Translations under genes and position numbers: made by a program | Notes under the pieces: generated by a model | Told to the model about the DNA's origin: nothing | What the model saw: only the letters and a program-made list of their open reading frames with translations | Databases searched by the model: none | Shown here: piece by piece, positions 1 to 13,203 of the stretch | How positions within the stretch are numbered: position 1 is the stretch's first letter | Layout of the letters: every line of letters starts with the position of its first letter | NCBI GenBank assembly: GCA_965261215.1 | Contig: CBDHDT010000100.1 | Location: forward strand, 56,905 to 120,904 | DNA length: 64,000 nt | Direction: 5' to 3' | DNA from: Ekhidna sp. | GTDB taxonomy: Bacteria; Bacteroidota; Bacteroidia; Cytophagales; Cyclobacteriaceae

Positions 1-227
1 GCAGAAGTGAGCGCACAGACAGTGCAGCTAAAGTGAGGGCACAGACTGTGCAGCTGAAGTGAGTGCGCATATTGTGCAGCAGAAGTGACTGCGCAGAGTG
101 TGCAGTGGAACTTAACAGACTGTGCAGCTGAAGTGAGCGCGCAGACTGTGCAGTGAAGTGAGCACGCAGATTGCAGCTGTAGTGGGCGCACAGACTGTGC
201 AGCTGAAGTGAGCGCACAGACTGACCA
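1..227. repeat. GC-rich minisatellite with a ~26-bp unit (near GCAGCTGAAGTGAGCGCACAGACTGT), about 9 units, cut by the window start
   Basis: GCAG(C)TGAAGTGAG(C)GCACAGACTGT recurs head-to-tail from base 1 to ~227 with point variants and two shortened units. Confidence 0.85.
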
Positions 228-1062
228 TACTACATGAGAAAAGGGCTCAATTGAAAGAAAGACCTTTCAGATGATATAAAAAATATGTACTAAGGAAAAA
301 AATATGGAGTTAGAAACATTCAATTCAAAATCATAGAGAGCTAAAACACTTTTTTCTGGGATTTAAGGATCTCCATAGATTCCTCTCCTTTGTATGAACT
401 TAATTTATAGTCCTAAAGATCTATCACTCTGTGCTCTCTTTTTGAACTGGAAATGAGTGCATAGGCACAACCATGCCAAATTTACATGTAGCCCAAATCA
501 TGTATCTTAAAATATGAGTCATAGTTTGACTTTATTATGGTTATGAATTTAGCTCCATTAATTATACATTCTTAATTGTGTGGACTTGATTTATAATGCA
601 AAAGGTAGATCTCTCTGTGTGTCACTCTAATACTAAAATGTGTTGCATATGCAAAACCATACCAAGGTTACATGCAGCCAATGTCAGATCCTCAAAATCT
701 TACGTAACGGACTCATGAGTACCTCCTGATAGGAAGTGGAAAACAGCTATAATTGTGGTGTATTTAGAGCCTTACTCTATAAAAGTTTTTCAATAGACAC
801 TAATGGGGTAGTAGATAAGGAAGTGTGGGCCTGGAAAAAAGATAATTTAAAACACACATGCACACACACACAATCAGTACAGTCTTGTTTCCATTCCTTT
901 TCAATCCAATATTACTTCTTCTTTTTTTTAATTTTGGGGTTTTATTTTACCAAGCATGTTAGGACAGACACCTGGCATTGCCTGGACAAAATGAGGGAAG
1001 AGATGAATGTATTGATTACTGATACTTACACTGTTGTTATCGCTAATCTGTTTGTCTCGCTC

Positions 1063-1137
1063 TGTGTATGTGTGTGTGTATGTGTGTGCATGTGTATGTG
1101 TGTGCATGTGTGTATGTGTGTGTGTGTTTACAAGCTG
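1063..1137. repeat. Imperfect (TG)n / (TGTGTA)n microsatellite
   Basis: A run of tgtgtatgtgtgtgtgtatgtgtgtgcatgtg... is read directly. The overlapping Cys/Val- and His/Thr-rich ORFs on both strands are artefacts of it. Confidence 0.9.
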
Positions 1138-1680
1138 TGGGATACCTTACCATATGTTGTTGGCGTGTGTTTAAGCTGGTGTGGTGTTCAACAAACAGAC
1201 AGACACAGTTATCTATTATGGTCGATATTGGTGCTGGCCGTTGTGAATTTGTCAATTTCAGCAACAGCTGTTTTTTTTTGTTTTTTTAGAGTAGGTCCAG
1301 AGGCTGCATTACTAGAAAACGGCTTACATTATATTTAACCTCTAATGTAGCTGGCATAGTAGCTAGCATAGTTTGTTAGTAATGCTGCCATGCTGCAATA
1401 TTTGTGTGCTATCATCGGGAACATTAAAAATGCATGCACAGGTATAGCCCTAAACAAAATGGCCAACAACCGCAAACAGTCCAAAGAGATCTACTTCTTC
1501 CACAAAAAATAACAACAACAACAAAAATGATGGGCTGTCCTTAAAGCACATGCCAAGTTTGTCAGGATTGGCCATGTGGTCCTGAGTTACATATTATGTA
1601 TGTACAAGTGGTATTGTATGTAACATACACATAGACAGACATTTTTCTCTTCTATATATTATTAGATATATACGAACAAA

Positions 1681-1974
1681 AATGTTATATTAAAAATAAA
1701 AATTTAACTACATGTATACTGGATTGGCCTGTTAAAAGAGAAAGGAAACATTCTCATGTAGACTACAACCAGTTATGTGAACCTTGACCATTTAAACCAT
1801 ATACAGCAAGAATCAACTGATTATAAAGGCTGTACAATATTAGTGTACATGATTTTAAATGGTAAAGGTTATCTCTCTGGTTGTGGTCTATATGGCTTTC
1901 CTTTATTTTTAACAGGACAATCCAAGGTTTCTAGACAATACATTTTTTCTCTTCTTTCAAGTGTTGTAGTTTAA
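1681..1974 (+). repeat. Truncated copy of a dispersed repeat also present at 52641-52925; it abuts the left edge of the satellite array
   Basis: Shared blocks with 52641-52925: aaatgttatatt, ctcatgtagac.aca.cagtta, gtgtacatgat..taaatggtaaa, ctggttgtggtcta.at, ctct.tttcaagtgttgt. Identity is roughly 75-80% by eye. Confidence 0.6.
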
Positions 1975-4900
1975 CAAGTTTGAAAAGGAGCAAATCCTGA
2001 GGAAAATCTGGATTTGTTTAAACAACTGTGTTTGATCAAACCAGTAAAATGGGGGAAATATTAACAAAAAATGTTTTTCTCCCGAAAGTGAGCCACATAG
2101 AGCTAAACTGTGCTTTTTTGTTGTTTTGAAGCATTTTCGGGGAAATTCACAGGGATCTATCCTTTTTAGTCCTAAAAGTGACTATCTCAGGTAAGAGCAC
2201 AGAAATACTCAGAAAGTTTGTTTTTCTTAACAAGTTTGAAAAGTGGCAAATCCTGAGGAAAAGTTGGATTTGTTTAAACCAATTTTTTTGAACAAACCAG
2301 TAAAATGGGGGAAATATTAATAAAAACTTGTTTTTCTCTCCATAGTGAGCTAGATTCAGCTAAAATATGCTTTTCTGTTGTTTTGAAGCATTATCGGGAA
2401 AATTCACAGTGAATTTCTCTTTTCAGTAAAAAAAAGTGACTATCTTAGAAAGGAGCACTGAATTACTCCGAAATTTTGTTTTTCTTAAAAAGTTTGAAAA
2501 GGGAAAATCCTGAGGTAAATTTGGATTTGATTAAACTACTGTTTTGATTAAAGCAGTAAAAGGGGACAAATTTTAATAAAAAACTGATTTTCTCAGCAAA
2601 ATGAGCCGCATACAGCTAAACTATTCGGTTCTGTTGTTTTGAAGCATTTTCGGGGAAATTCAAGGGAAACTTCTCTTTTTAGTCCAAAAATGATTATCTC
2701 AGAACAGAGAACAGAAATACTCAGAAAGTTAGTTTTTCTTAACAAGTTTGTAAAGGGGCAAATCCTGAGGAAAATCTGGATTTGTTTAAATAACTGTTTT
2801 TGATCCGACCAATAAAATGTGGGAAATATTAACAAAAACATGTTTTTCTCCTCAAAGTTAAACTATGCTTTTCTGTTGTTTTGAAGCATTTTCGGGGAAA
2901 TTCACAGAGAACTTGTCTTTTTAGTCAAAAAATTAACTATCTCAGAAAGGAGCACTGAAATACTCAGAAAGTTTGTTTTTCTTAAAATTTGTGAAAAGGA
3001 TAAATCCGATGAAAATATGGATTTGTTTAAACAATTCTTTTTGATCAAACCAATAAAAGGGGACAAATAATAACAAAAATTGTTTTTCTCGCAAAGTGAG
3101 CTACATACAGCTAAACTATGCTTTTCTGTTGTTTTGAAGTATTTTCGTGGAAATTTACAGTGAACTTTTATTTTTAGTCCAAAAATTGACTATCTCAGAA
3201 CAGAGCAGAGAAATACTCAGAAAGTTTGTTTTTCTTAACATGTTTGAAAAGTGGCAAATCCTGAAAAAAATATGGATTTGTTTAAACAAATATTTTTGAT
3301 CAAACCAGTAAAATGGGGAAAATATTAACAAAAACTTGTTTTTCTCCAAAATGTGAGCCACAAACAGCCCAACTATTCTTTTCTGTAGTTTTGAAGCATT
3401 TTCAGGGAAATTCTTGGTGAACTTCTCTTTTTAGTTCAAAAATTGACTATCTCAGAACAGTGCACAGAAATACTCTGAAAGTGAGTTTTTCTAATAAGTT
3501 TGAAAAGGGGAAAATCCTGAGGAAAATCTGGATTTGTTTAATCAACTTTTTTGATCAAACAAATAAAGGTGAGAAATATTAACAAAAAATTTTTTTTCCC
3601 CAATGTGAGCCACATACAGCTAAACTATGTTTTTCTGTTATTTTAAAGCATTTTGGGGGAAATTCACAGAGAACTTCTCTTTTTAGTCCAAAATTAACTA
3701 CCTCAGAAAGGAGCACTAAAATACTCAGAAAGTTTGTTTTCCTTAAAAAGTTTGAAAAGGGTAAATCCTGTGGTAAATTTAGATTTGTTTAAACAATTCT
3801 TTATGATCAAACCAGTAAAAGGGGACAAATATTATTAAAAACTGTTTTTCACCCCAAAGTGAGCCACATACTGCTAAACTATACTTTACTGTTGTTTTGA
3901 AGCTTTTTCCAGAAAATTCACATTGAACTTCTCTTTTTAGTCCAAAAAGTAACTATCTCAGAAAGGAGCACTGAAATACTCAGAAAGTTTGTTTTTCCTA
4001 AACTGTTTGAAAAGGGTAAATCCTGAGGAAAATTTGGATTTGTTTAAACAACTGTTTTTGATAAAACCAGTAAAATGGGTGAAATATTAACAAAAACTTA
4101 TTTTTCTCCCCAAAGTGAGCCACATACAGCTAAACTATTCTTTTCTGTTGTTTTGAAGCATTTTCGGGGAAATTCACAGTGAACTTCTCTTTTTAGTACA
4201 AAAATTGAATATCTCAGAACTGAGCACAGAAATACTCAGAAAGTTTGTTTTTTAACATGTTTTAAAAGGGGCAAATCCTGAGAAAAATCTGGATTTGTTT
4301 AAACAAATATTTTTTATCAAACCAGTAAAATGGAGAAAATATTAACAAAAACTGTTTTTCTCCTCTAATTGAGCCATATACAGATAAACTATGCTTTTCT
4401 GTTGTTTTGAAGCATTTTTGGGGAAATTCACCGGGAACTTCACTTTTTAGTCAAAAAAGTAACTATCTCAGAAAGGAGCACTGAAAATTCAGAAAGTTTG
4501 TTTTTCTAGACAAATTTGAAAATTAAAGGACTACACCTGAAACCACCGAAATTTGAACACATATTTATAGGAAAATTTGGATTTGTTTAAACAATTTTTT
4601 TTATCAAACCAGTAAAATGGGTGAAATATTAACAAAAATTGTTTTTCTCCTCAAAGTGAGCCAAATACAGCTAAACTATGCTATTCTGTTGTTTTGAAAC
4701 ATTTTTGGCGAATTTCACAGTAAACTTCTTTTTTTAGTCCAAAAAGTGTGTATCTCAGAATTGAGCACTGAAATACTCAGAAATTTTTTTTTCTTAAAAT
4801 ATTTGAAAAGGATAAATCCTGAGGAAATTTGGATTTGTTTAAACAAATGTTTTTGATCAAACCAGTAAAATAGGGGAAATATTAACAAACAAAAAAATTT

Positions 4901-7900
4901 TCTCAAAGTAGGCCACATACAGTTAAACTATGCTTTTCTGTTGTTTTGGAGCATATTCGGGGAAATTCACAGAGAACTTGTCTTTTTAGTCAAAAAATTA
5001 ACTATCTCAGAAAGGAGAACTGAAATACTCAGAAAATTTGTTTTTCTTAAAATGTTTGAAATGTGTAAATCCGAGGAAAATATGGATTTGTTAAACAATT
5101 CTTTTTGATCAAACCAGTAAATGGGACAAATATTTAAAAAAAAAATGTTTTTTTGCCAAAAGTGAGCCACATACAGCTGAACTATGTTTTTTGTTGTTTT
5201 GAAGCATTTTTGGAGAAATTTAGAGTGAACTTCCTTATTTACTTCAAAAATTAACTGTTTCAGAGGGTGCTCTGAAATACTCAGAAAGTTTATTTTTCTT
5301 AACTGTTTGAAAAGGTTAAATCTTGAGGAAAATTTGGATTTGTTTAAACAACAGTTTTTGATCAAACCAGTAAAATGGAGGAAATATTAAAAAAACTTGT
5401 TTTTGTTCCCAACGTGAGCCACATACAGCTAAACAATGCTTTTCTGTTGTTTTGAAGCATTTCGGGGAAATTCACAGTGAACTTCTCTTTTTAGCCCATA
5501 ATATGACTCCCTCCGAAAAGAGCATTGAAATACTAAAAAAGTTTGTTTTTCATAAAATGTTTGAATAGGGTAAAACCAGAGGAAAATTTGAATTTGTTTA
5601 AACTTTTCTTTTATCAAACTAGTAAAATGGAACAAATATTAATAAAAACCATTTTTCTCCCCAATCTGAGTCACATAGAGCTAAACTATGCTTTTTTGTT
5701 GATTTGAAGTATTTTTTGGGAAATTCACAGAGAACTTCTCTTTTTAGTCCAAAAAGTAACTATCTAAGAATGGAGCAATGAAATACTCAGAAATTTCATT
5801 TTTCTTAAAATGTTTGAAAAGGGTAAATCCTGAAGAAAATTTGGATTTGTTTAAACAACTTTTTTTGATCAAACGGTGAAATAGGGGAAATATTAACAAA
5901 AAATTATTTTTCTCCCCAAAGTGAGCCACATACAGCTAAACAATGCTTTTCTGTTGTTTTTAATCATTTTTGGGGAAATTCACAGGGAACTTCTCTTTTT
6001 AGTCCAAATTTGACTATCACAGAGAGGAGCACTGAAATACTCAAAAAGTTTGTTTTCTTAAAATATTTGAAAAGGGTAAATCCTGAGGTAAATTTGGATT
6101 TGTTTAAACAATTCTTTTAGATCAAACAGGTAAAATGGGAGAAATAGTAACATAAAGTGTTTTCCTACCCAATGTGAGCCACATACAGCTAAACTATGCT
6201 TTTCTGTTTGTTTTAAGGATTTTCTGAGAAATTCACAGTGAACTTCTCTTTTTAGTCTAAAAAGTAACCATCTCAGAAAGGAGCACTGAAATAATCAGAA
6301 AGTTTTGTTTTGTAAATCCTCAGGAAAATTTAGATTTGTTTAAACAACTGTTTTTGATCAAACCAGTAAAATGGGGGAAATATTAACAAAAAATTGTTTT
6401 TCTCCCCAATAGAGCTAAACTATGCTTTTATGTTGTTTTGAAGCATTTTCGGGGAAATTCACAGTGAACTTCTCTTTTTAGTACAAAAATTGACTATCTC
6501 AGAACAGAGCACAGAAATACTCAGAAAGTTGTTTTTTTTTTAACATGTTTGAAAAGGGGCAAATCCTTAGAAAAATATGGATTTGTTTAAACAAATATTT
6601 TTTTATCAAAACAGTAAAAAGGGGAAAATATTAACAAAAACTGTTTTTCTCCTCTGATTGAGCCATATACAGATAAACTATGCTTTTCTGTTGTTTGGAA
6701 GCATTTTTGGGGAAATTCACAGCGAACTTCTCTTTTTAGTCAAAAAAGTAACTATCTCAGAAAGGAGTACTGAAATACTCAGAAAGTTTATTTTTCTTGA
6801 CAAATTTGAAACTTGGCATATCCTGAGGAAAATTTGGATTCCTTTAAGCAATTTTTTTTGATCAAACCAGTAAAATGGGTGAAATATTAACAAAAATTGT
6901 TTTTCTCCTCAAAGTGAGCCACATACAGCTAAACTATGCTTTTCTGTTGTTTTGAAACATTTTTGGTGAATTTCACAGTAAACTTCTCTTTTTAGTCCAA
7001 AAAGTGTCTCTCTCAGAATTGAGCATGAAATACTCAGAAAGTTTTTTCTTAAAATGTTTGAAAAGGGTAAATCCTGAGGAAATTTGGATTTGTTTAAACA
7101 ACTGTTTTTGATCAAAACAGTAAAATGAGAGAAATATAAACTAAAACTTTTTTTCTCCTCAAATTGAGCCACATACAGCTAAACTATGCTTTTTGCTATT
7201 TTAAAGCATTTTTGGGAAAATTCACAGAGAACTTCTCTTTTTAGCCCAAAATATGACTATACCAGAAAGGAGCAATGAAATACTCAAAAAGTTTGTTTTT
7301 CATAAAATGTTTGAAAAAGGGTAAATCCAGAGGAAAATTTGGATTTGTTAAAACAAATTTTTTTGATCAACCAGTAAAAGGGAACAAATATTAACAAAAA
7401 CTGTTTTTCTCCCCAATCTGAGCCACATACAGCTAAACTATGCTTTTCTGTTGTTTGGGAGCATTTTTTGGGAAATTCAGTGAACTTTTCTTTTTATTCC
7501 AAAAAGTAACTATCTCAAAAGGAGTACAGAAATACTCAGAAAGTTTTTTTTTCTTAAAATGTTTGAAAAGGTTAAATCTAGAGGAAAATTTGGATTTGTT
7601 TAAACAACTTTTTTTGATCAAACCAATAAAAGGGGACAAATATTAACAAAACTGTTTTTTTCCCAAAGTGAGCCACATACAGATGAACTATGTTTTTCTG
7701 TTGTTTTGAAGAATTTTCGGGGAAATTCATAGAAAAATTCTCTTTTTATTCCAAAAAGTGACTATCTGTGAAAGTAACACTGAAATACTTAGAAAGTTTT
7801 TTTTCTTAAAATGTTTGAAAAAAATTAATCTTGAGGAAAATTTAGATTTGTTTAAACAATTATTTTGATCAAACCAGTAAAAGGGGACAAATATTAACAA

Positions 7901-10900
7901 AAACTGTTTTTCTCCCCAAAATGAGCCATATACAGCTAAACTATGCTTTTCTGTTCTTTTGCGGCATTTTGGAGGAAATTTATAGTGAACTTCGCTTTTT
8001 GGTCCAAAAAAGACTATCTCCGAACAGAGCACAGAAATACTCAGAAAGTTTGTTTTTCTTAACAAGTTTGAGAGGGGGGGGCTGGTCCTGAGGAAAATCT
8101 GGATTTGTTTAAACTAATTTTTTTGATCAAACCAGTAAAATGGGGGAAATATTAACAAAAAGTTGCTTTTCTCCTCAAAGTAGGCCACATAGGGTTAAAC
8201 TATGCTTTTTTTTTTTTTTTTGGAGCATATTCGGGAAAATTCACAGAGAACTTGTCTTTTTAGTCAAAAAATTAACTATCTCAGAAAGGAGCACTGAAAT
8301 GCTCAGAAAGTTTGTTTTTCTTAAAATGTTTGAAAAGGGTAAATCCGAGTAAAATATGGATTTGTAAAACAATTCTTTTTGATCAAACCAGTAAAAGGGG
8401 ACAAATAATAACAAATATTGTTTTTCTCACCTAATAGAGCCATATACAGCTAAATTATGCTTTTCTGTTGTTTTGAAGTATTTTCCAGAAAATTCACAGT
8501 GAACTTCTCTTTTTAGTCCAAAATGTTACTATCTCAGAAAGGAGCACTCAGGAAGTATGTTTTTCTTAAAATGTTTGAAAAGGGTAAATCCTGAGGAAAA
8601 ATTGGATTTGTTTAAACAATTGTTTTTGATCAAACCAATAAAATGGGGGAAATAAAAACTTGTTTTTCTGCTCAAAGTTAGCTACATACAGATAAACTAT
8701 TCTTCTCTGTTGTTTTGAAGCATTTTTGGGAAAATTCACAATGAACTTCTCTTTTTAGTCCAAAAAGTAACTATCTCAGAAAGGAGCACAGAAGTACTCA
8801 GAAAGTTGTTTTTTTCTTAAAAAGTTTGAAAAGGGTAAATCCTGAAGAAAATTTGGATTTGTTTAAACAATTTTTTTTGATAAAACTAGTAAAATGGGTG
8901 AAATATTAACAAAATCTTGTTTTCTCCTCAAAGTGAGCCACATAGAGCTAAACTATGCTTTTCTGTTGTTTTGAAGCATTTTGGGGGATATTCACAGAGA
9001 ACTACTCTTTTTAGTCCAGAAATTAACAATCTCAGAAAGGAGCAATGAAATACTCAGAAAGTTTGTTTTTCTTAAAATATTTGAAAGGGTAAATCCTGTG
9101 GTAAATTTGGATTTGTTTAAACAATTCTTTTTGATCAAACCAGTAAAAGGGGACAGATATTAACAAAAACTGTTTTTGAACCCAAAGTGAGCCACATACA
9201 GCTAAACTGTGCTTTACTGTTGGTTTGAAGCATTTTCTGGAAAATTCACAGTGAACTTCTCTTTTTAGTCCAAAATTTGACTATCTCAAAACAGAGCACA
9301 AAAATACTCAGAAAGTTTTTTTTAACCAGTTTGAAAAGTGGCAAATCCTGAGGGAAATCTAGATTTGTCTAAACAAATGTTTTTGATCAAACCTGTAAAA
9401 TGGGGGAAATATTAACAAAAACTTGCTTTTCCCAACAAAGTGAGCCACATAGAGATAAAATATGTTTTACTGTTGTTTTGATACATTTTTAGGGAAATTC
9501 ACAGAGAACTTCGCTTTTTAGTCCAAAATGTGACTATCTCAGAAAGGAGTACTTATATACTCAGAAAGTTTGTTTTTCTTAAAACTTATAAAATGGGAAA
9601 ATCCTGAGGAAAATTTGGATTTGTTTCAACAAATGTTTTTAATCAAACCTGTAAAACGGGACAAATATTAACAAAAAATGTTTTTCTCCCCAAAGGGAGC
9701 CACATACAGCTAAATTATGCTTTTCTGTTGTTTTGAAGCATTTTCGGAGAAATTCACAGTGAACTTCCTTTTTTAGTCCAAAAAGTAACTATCTCAGAAA
9801 GGAGCTCTAAAATACTCAGAAAGTTTATTTTCTTTAAACTGTTTGAAAAGGGTAAATCTTGAGGAAAATTGGATTTGTTTAAACAACTGTTGTTGATCAA
9901 ACCAGTAAAATGGGGGAAATATAAACAAAAACTTGTTTTTCTCCTCTTAGTAGGCCACATACAGCTAAACTATGCTTTTCTGTTGTTTTGAAGCATTTTC
10001 GGAGAAATCCACAGTGAACTTCCTTTTTTAGTCCAAAAAGTGTCTATCTCAGAAAGGAGCACTGAAAAACTCAGAAAGTTTTTTTCTAAAAATATTTGAA
10101 AAGTATAAATCCTGAGAAAAATTTGGATTTGTTTAAATAACTGTTTTTGATCAAACCAGTAAATTTAGGGCAAAAAAATAAAAATAAATATTTTTTCTCC
10201 TCAAAGTGAGCCACATACAGCTAAACTATGCTTTTTTGTTGTTTTAAGAATTTTTGTTGAAAATTCACAGAAAACTTATCTTTTTAATCCAAAATATGAC
10301 TATCTCAGAAAGGAGCACTGAAACACTCAGAAATTTTAATTTTTTTAAAATGTTTGAAAAGAGTAAATCCTGAGGTAAATTTGGATTTGTTTAAACAACT
10401 GTTTTTGACAAAACCAGTAAAAGGGGACAAATATTAACAAAAACTGTTTTTCTCCCGAATATGACCCACATATATCTAAACTATGCTTTTCTGTTCTTTC
10501 GAAGCATTTTGGGGGAAATTCACAGTAAACTTCTCTTTTTAGTCCAAAAAGTAACCACCTCAGAAAGGAGCACAGAAGTACTCAGAAATTTTTTTCTTAA
10601 AAATTTTGAAAAGGGTAAATCCTGAAAAAAATTTGGATTTGTTTAAACAAATTTTTTTAATCAAACTAGTAAAATGGGTGAAATATTAACAAAAACTTGT
10701 TTTCTCCTCATAGTGAGCCACATATTGCTAAACTATGCTTTTCTGTTATTTGAAGCATTTTTGGGGAAATTCACAGTGAACTTCTCTTTTTAGTCCAAAA
10801 ATTTACAATCTCAGAAAGGAGCAATGAAATACTCAGAAAGTTTGTTTTTCTTAAAATGTTGAAAAGGGTAAATCTTGTGGTAAATTTGGATTTGTTTAAA

Positions 10901-13203
10901 CAATTCTTTTTGATCAAACCAGTAAAAGGGGACAAATATTAACAAAAACATGTTTTTCTACTCAAAGTGAGCCACATACAGCTAAACTATGCTTTTCTGT
11001 TGTTTTGAAGCATTTTCGGAGAAATTCACAGTGAACTTCCTTTTTTAGTCCAAAAAGTAACTATCTCAGAAAGGAGCTCTGAAATACTCAGAAAGTTTAT
11101 TTTACTTAAACTGTTTGAAAAGGGTAAATCTTGAGGAAAATTGGTTTTGTTTAAACAACTGTTTTTGATCAAATCAGTAAAATGGGGGAAATATAAACAA
11201 AAACTTGTTTTTCTCCTCTTAGTAGGCCACATACAGTTAAACTATGCTTTTCTGTTGTTTTGAAGCATTTTCGGGGAAATTCACAGAGAACTTGTCTTTT
11301 AGTCAAAAAGTAACTATATCAGAAAGGAACACTGAAATACTCAGAAAGTTTGTTTTTCTTGACAAATTTGAAAATTGGCAAATCCTGAAGAAAATTTGGA
11401 TTTGTTTAAACAAAGGTTTTTGATCAAACCAGTAAAATGGTTGAAATATTAACAAAAACTTGTTTTTCTCCTCAAAATGAGCCACACACAGCTAAACTAT
11501 GCTTCTCTGTTTTTTTGAAGCATTTTTGGGAAATTTCACAGTAAACTTCTTTTTAGTCCAAAAAGTGTCTATCTCAGAAACGAGCACTGAAAAACTCAGA
11601 AAGTTTTTTTCTAAAAATATTTGAAAAGTATAAATCCTGAGAAAAATTTGGATTTGTTTAAATAACTGTTTTTGATCAAACCAGTAAACTTAGGGGGGGA
11701 AAAAAAAAAAAAAAATTCTCCTCAAGTGAGGCACATACAGCTAAACTATGCTTTTTTGTAGTTTTGAAGCATTTTTGTTGAAAATTCACAGAGAACTTAT
11801 CTTTTTAATCCAAAATATGACTATCTCAGAAAGGAGCACTGAAATACTCAGAAATTTTGATTTTCTTAAAATGTTAGAAAAGGGTAAATCCTGAGGTAAA
11901 TTTGGATTTGTTTAAACAACTGTTTTTGACAAAACCAGTAAAAGGGGACAAATATTAACAAAAACTGTTTTTCTCCCGAATGTGAGCCACATAAATCTAA
12001 ACTATGCTTTCCTGTTCTTTCGAAGCATTTTTGGGGAAATTCAGAGTGAACTTCTCTTTTTAGTCCTAAATGTAACTATCTCAGAAAGGAGCACAGAAGT
12101 ACTCAGAAAGTTTTTTCTTAAAAAGTTTGAAAAGGGTAAATCCTGAAGAAAATTTGGATTTTTTAAACAAAATTTTTTGATCAAACCAGTAAAATGGGTG
12201 AAATATTAACAAAAACTTGTTTTCACCTCAAAGTGAGCCACATAAGAGCTAAACTATGCTTTTCTGTTGTTTATAAACATTTTTGGGGAAATTCACAATG
12301 AACTTCTCTTTTTAGTCCTAAAAGTAACAATCTCAGAAAGGAGCACTGAAATACTCAGAAATTTTTTTTTTCTTAAAATGTTTGAAAAGGGTAAATCCTG
12401 CGGTAAATTTGGATTTGTTTAAACAATTCTTTTTCTCAAACTAGTAAATGGGGACAAATATTAACAAAAAATGTATTTCTCCCCAAAAAGAGCCACATAC
12501 AGCTAAACTATGGTTTTCTGTTGTTTTACAGCATTTTTGGTGAAATTTACAGTGAACTTATCTTTTTTGTCCAAAAAAGACTATCTCAGAACAGAGCACA
12601 GAAATACTCAGTAAGTTTGTTTTTCTTAACTAGTTTGAAAAGGGAAAATCCTGGGGAAACTCTGGGTTTGTTTAAACAACTTTTTTTGATCAAACCAGTA
12701 AAATTGGGGGATATATAAACAAAAACTTGTTTTTCTCCTCAAAGTAGGCTACATACAGTTAAACTATGCTTTTCTGTTGTTTTGAAGCTTATTCGGGGAA
12801 ATTAACAGCGAACTTGTTTTGTTTTTTGTCAAAAAGTAACTATCTCAGAAAGGAATACTGAAATACTCAAAAAGTTTGTTTTTCATAAAATGTTTGAAAA
12901 GGGTAAATCCTGAGGAAAATTTGTATTTGTTTAAACAAATTTTTTTGATCAAACCAGTAAAAGGGGACAAATATTAACAAAAAATGTTTTTCTCCCCAAT
13001 CTGAGCCACATACAGCTAAAAAATGTTTTCTCTTGTTTTGAAGCATTTTTTGGGGAAATTCACAGAGAATTTCTATTTTTAGTCCAAAAATTAACTATCT
13101 AAGAAAGGAACAATGAAATACTCAGAAAGTTGTTTTTTTCTTAAAATGTTTGAAAAGGCTAAATCTTGAGGAAAATTTGGATTTGTTTAAAAAATTATTT
13201 TGA
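1975..13203 (+). repeat. Satellite DNA with a ~254-256 bp AT-rich monomer, block 1 (orientation defined here as forward)
   Basis: The landmark gagccacatacagctaaactatgcttttctgttgttttgaagcatttt recurs every ~253-258 bp (for example near 2090, 2347, 2602, 3098, 3354, 3606, 3860, 4118). The consensus monomer I assembled is 256 bp. Confidence 0.95.
4523..4568 (+). mobile_element. Solo left-terminus remnant (~45 bp) of the palindromic MITE family, inside a satellite monomer
   Basis: ttaa|aggactacacctgaaaccaccgaaatttgaacacatatttatag replaces ~15 bp of the monomer consensus (tgggcaaatcctgag). It aligns to the left end of copy 3, ttaa|ggggggcctacaccttaaaccaacgaaattgtaacacttatttgtag. Confidence 0.6.

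Noticed and set aside
1043-1338. Cys/Val-rich and His/Thr-rich ORFs at 1043-1338, and similar ones at 35893-36169
   Set aside because: These are translations of (TG)n/(CA)n microsatellites on the two strands.
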